The position numbers and the translations under genes were made by a program. From Fidelibacterota bacterium (GTDB lineage Bacteria > Fidelibacterota > Marinisomatia > Marinisomatales > UBA2128), in assembly GCA_046861645.1 (NCBI GenBank), contig JBHHUM010000071.1, positions 1 to 10,874 on the forward strand: DNA of 10,874 bases. Direction: 5' to 3'. A model generated the notes under the pieces. It had not been told where the DNA came from and did no database searches. It worked only from the letters and a program-made list of their open reading frames with translations. Positions 7,771 through 10,874 of this stretch are shown here, one piece after another; within the stretch, counting starts at the first letter, position 1; every line of letters starts with the position of its first letter.

Positions 7771-8598
7771 GTGGATGTAACTTTTGAAGACCTGCTGAGT
7801 ACCGGAGCACATTTCGGTCATCTCACCAGGAAATGGCACCCAAATTACCAGAAGTATATATTAATGGCTAAAAACGGAATTCATATTATCAATTTGGAAG
7901 AGACCCTTAAGGAATTGAGAAAAGCGGTGGAGTTTGTTCAGAATATAGCTGCCGACGGAGGTGATATTCTTTTTGTTGGTACTAAAAAGAATGCTAAAAA
8001 TATTGTGCAACAGGAAGCTGACAAATGTACCATGTATTATGTTGTAGAGCGCTGGCTGGGAGGAACTCTGACTAACTTCTCCACAATCCGAAAAAGTATT
8101 AAACGCCTGCAATTATTAGAAAAGGAGTCAAGTCCCCTATATGAAAATGCCACTAAGAAAGAGATATTAGCTCTGGAAAGGGAGATGATTCGTCTGCAAG
8201 ACTTACATCGTGGTATTAAGGATATCAAGGGTCTTCCTGATGCTATTTTCGTTGTAGATGCAAAGTATGAGTCTATCGCTGTAAAGGAAGCAAGACATTT
8301 GAACATTCCTGTCATCGCCATGGTGGATACGAACTCTGATCCTGAATTAGTAGATTATCCTATTCCCGCTAATGATGATTCCATCCGTACGGTGAAATTA
8401 ATAGTTAGTGAAATTGCCAAAGCGATTTGTGAAGCTAAATCAGTTCCTTATCCAGATAGCGATGTTATTTTAGAGATGGCAACTCAAGAGGATGATGGAT
8501 CTTTGAGTGAAATTGAAGTGACCGAAGATATTGAAGCTGACAGTGCGACTGAAGAACAGGAAAAAGAATTAGCAATTGATTCTACTAAGGATGAATAA
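7771..8598 (+). CDS. rpsB: 30S ribosomal protein S2
   Basis: Motifs GAHFGH, ILFVGTKK, ERWLGGTLTNF, VDTNSDP and IPANDDSIR. The likely start is GTG 7771, 7 nt after GGAG (7760-7763), rather than 7684. It has an acidic C-terminal tail. Confidence 0.97.
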   Translation: MDVTFEDLLSTGAHFGHLTRKWHPNYQKYILMAKNGIHIINLEETLKELRKAVEFVQNIAADGGDILFVGTKKNAKNIVQQEADKCTMYYVVERWLGGTLTNFSTIRKSIKRLQLLEKESSPLYENATKKEILALEREMIRLQDLHRGIKDIKGLPDAIFVVDAKYESIAVKEARHLNIPVIAMVDTNSDPELVDYPIPANDDSIRTVKLIVSEIAKAICEAKSVPYPDSDVILEMATQEDDGSLSEIEVTEDIEADSATEEQEKELAIDSTKDE

Positions 8599-8601
8599 CA
8601 A

Positions 8602-9219
8602 ATGATTGTTGACGCAAAAGTAGTTAAGATTCTCCGCCAGAAGACTGGGGCGGGGATAATGGATTGTAAAGAAGCTTTATTAGCTGCAAATGGCGATATG
8701 GAAAGCGCTGTGGAGGTATTACGAAAAAAAGGTATTGCCAAAGCCGAGAAGAAGGTCGGGAGGAAGGCTGACCAAGGAGCGGTAGTCGCTTACATCCATC
8801 CAGGGAATCGAATTGGTGTTCTTGTAGAGGTCAATTGCGAAACTGATTTTGTGGCTAAAACGGATGGCTTTAACCGTTTTATCAAGGATATTGCCATGCA
8901 GATTGCTGCTGCTGATCCTCTCACTATCACTAGGGAACAGATAGATGAAATTGTAATTGAGAGAGAGCGAGATATATATATGGAACAGGCAAAATCCATG
9001 GGAAAGCCTGACAATGTAATCAATAAAATTGTTGACGGTCGACTAGAAAAATTTTATCAGGAGAAATGTCTTCTTGAGCAGCCTTTTATCAAGGATAATG
9101 ATAAGACAGTTAAGGATATCCTCACTGAAACCATTGCTTCTTTAGGTGAGAACATCACGATAGCCCGGTTTGCCCGTTATGAAGTTGGTGAAAGTTTTGC
9201 AGCCAACGGCGAGGGGTAA
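8602..9219 (+). CDS. tsf: Translation elongation factor Ts (short form, 205 aa)
   Basis: Motifs LRQKTGAGIMDCKEAL, EVNCETDFVA, AMQIAA and LLEQPFIKD. Confidence 0.97.
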   Translation: MIVDAKVVKILRQKTGAGIMDCKEALLAANGDMESAVEVLRKKGIAKAEKKVGRKADQGAVVAYIHPGNRIGVLVEVNCETDFVAKTDGFNRFIKDIAMQIAAADPLTITREQIDEIVIERERDIYMEQAKSMGKPDNVINKIVDGRLEKFYQEKCLLEQPFIKDNDKTVKDILTETIASLGENITIARFARYEVGESFAANGEG

Positions 9220-9954
<735 letters not shown>

Positions 9955-9956
9955 TT

Positions 9957-10214
9957 ATGGATATAAAAGAATTTTTCAGTGATGCCACGAGCAGAATGGA
10001 TTCAGCAGTAGAACATTGCCGCAACGAATTGGCTCAAATTAGAACAGGACGAGCTTCACCAGCGCTCCTGGATAGTGTTAAGGTTTCCTATTATGGCTCT
10101 CCTACCCCCCTCAAAACGGTAGCAAATATTGTTGCTCAGGATGCGACACTTTTAATAGTTCAACCTTACGACAGGTCTATATTAGGAGATATCGAAAAGG
10201 CTATTCAGATGAGC
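9957..10214 (+). CDS. frr: Ribosome recycling factor, N-terminal part only (about 86 codons), broken at the junction
   Basis: Motifs IRTGRASPALLD, VSYYGSPTPL and IEKAIQMS. The conserved continuation (about DLGxNPxNDG) is absent and is replaced by 18 unrelated codons ending at a stop at 10271. Confidence 0.93.
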
Positions 10215-10324
10215 TCGGGTGCGGTCTCGGTCAGAAACGCATGCACGGCAGTCGCGGCACGCGGGGAGTGATGGCGGATGGGAAAGTAGCGCGCCCGCCT
10301 GACGGCGTCGAGATCGGAGCTCAC
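10205..10324 (-). CDS. N-terminal fragment of a YehM/DUF5682-like protein, truncated at the junction
   Basis: Not in the ORF track. GTG at 10324 reads MSSDLDAVRRARYFPIRHHSPRAATAVHAFLTETAPELI*. The IRHHSP...P-x-x-I pattern matches the start of this family, which normally continues LIEGP. It starts 9 nt after the ATPase stop codon. Confidence 0.72.
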   Translation of the reverse strand: MSSDLDAVRRARYFPIRHHSPRAATAVHAFLTETAPELI

Positions 10325-10333
10325 GGGTCTCGG

Positions 10334-10874
10334 CTACTCCTGCGCACGGAGATGACGCCTGGTCTCTTTGTAGAAATCTTTCCACGGGCCGCCTCGTCCT
10401 TTGGCGACCGTTTCGCAGTACTCTCGAATGGCCTTGACGTCTTCCTCGCTCTCCTTCGCGACCGCGCCGACGAGAGAGCGTGAGAGAGCGGAAGGGGTTA
10501 CTTTGCCATCTTCGAAGTGCTCGCCGAGGATGGCGCTATTGAACAGAACACTGATCGCTTCCGCCGTCGAGAGAACCGAGCTCGGTGGGCGAAGCTTCGT
10601 TTTCTTGTCTTTCGTCATGCCGGTCCGAAGCTCTTGAAACACCGTCACCAGAAGCTTCACGAGCTCCGCCGGTGGCGTGGTCTCGATCGCGTAGTCGCCT
10701 CGAAGCTCCGCTTCCCTCTTGGTCACGATCTGAATCTCTTGCTCGAGATCACTGACCACCGGCACCGTCACGAAGTTGAATCGACGTTTGAGCGCGGCGC
10801 TCATCTCGTTGACGCCGCGGTCTCGCGTGTTCGCGGTCGCAATCAAGTTGAATCCTCGTTTCGCCGAGACGATC
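10334..10874 (-). CDS. MoxR-like AAA+ ATPase of the YehL type, C-terminal part (5' end outside the window)
   Basis: The frame is open to the window edge: IVSAKRGFNLIATANTRDRGVNEMSAALKRRFNF (sensor I and arginine-finger region), followed by VFQELRTG and VLSTAEAIS. Confidence 0.88.
   Translation of the reverse strand, partial: IVSAKRGFNLIATANTRDRGVNEMSAALKRRFNFVTVPVVSDLEQEIQIVTKREAELRGDYAIETTPPAELVKLLVTVFQELRTGMTKDKKTKLRPPSSVLSTAEAISVLFNSAILGEHFEDGKVTPSALSRSLVGAVAKESEEDVKAIREYCETVAKGRGGPWKDFYKETRRHLRAQE

Noticed and set aside
8440..9219. Acidic RpsB tail and short EF-Ts
   Set aside because: Both are well-known variants in many bacterial lineages.
10211..10216. SacI site (GAGCTC) at the junction and GATC at the window end, suggesting a restriction-ligation origin
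   Set aside because: GAGCTC also occurs internally at 2291, 10317, 10578 and 10661, and GATC is common, so coincidence is sufficient. It is not fully excluded.

Overview
Bacterial housekeeping region, nearly all on the + strand. The rplM-rpsI-rpsB-tsf-pyrH-frr order and the promoter style suggest an FCB-group organism, possibly Marinimicrobia-like (inference only). Order: 5'-truncated DUF1611 gene; enolase-superfamily dipeptide epimerase overlapping methylmalonyl-CoA epimerase; miaA; PyrR-regulated pyrR-pyrB-pyrC with a clear leader RNA switch; rplM-rpsI-rpsB-tsf-pyrH-frr. At about 10208-10214 the essential frr gene breaks off after about 86 codons. GC jumps there from 22/60 (10141-10200) to 42/60 (10261-10320), and the sequence continues as a convergent fragment of a YehL-like AAA+ ATPase followed by a YehM/DUF5682-like gene, which is truncated at the same point. 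This is most probably a chimeric join of two genomes. The least explained sequence lies in two intergenic spacers (729-1085 and 2537-2925) packed with short palindromes, including a 129-nt GC-rich, fully nested multi-hairpin element. I do not see convincing evidence for a complete new biological system. The best leads are that structured element, the PyrR leader whose terminator-like hairpin also hides the Shine-Dalgarno sequence, and apparently leaderless transcripts.
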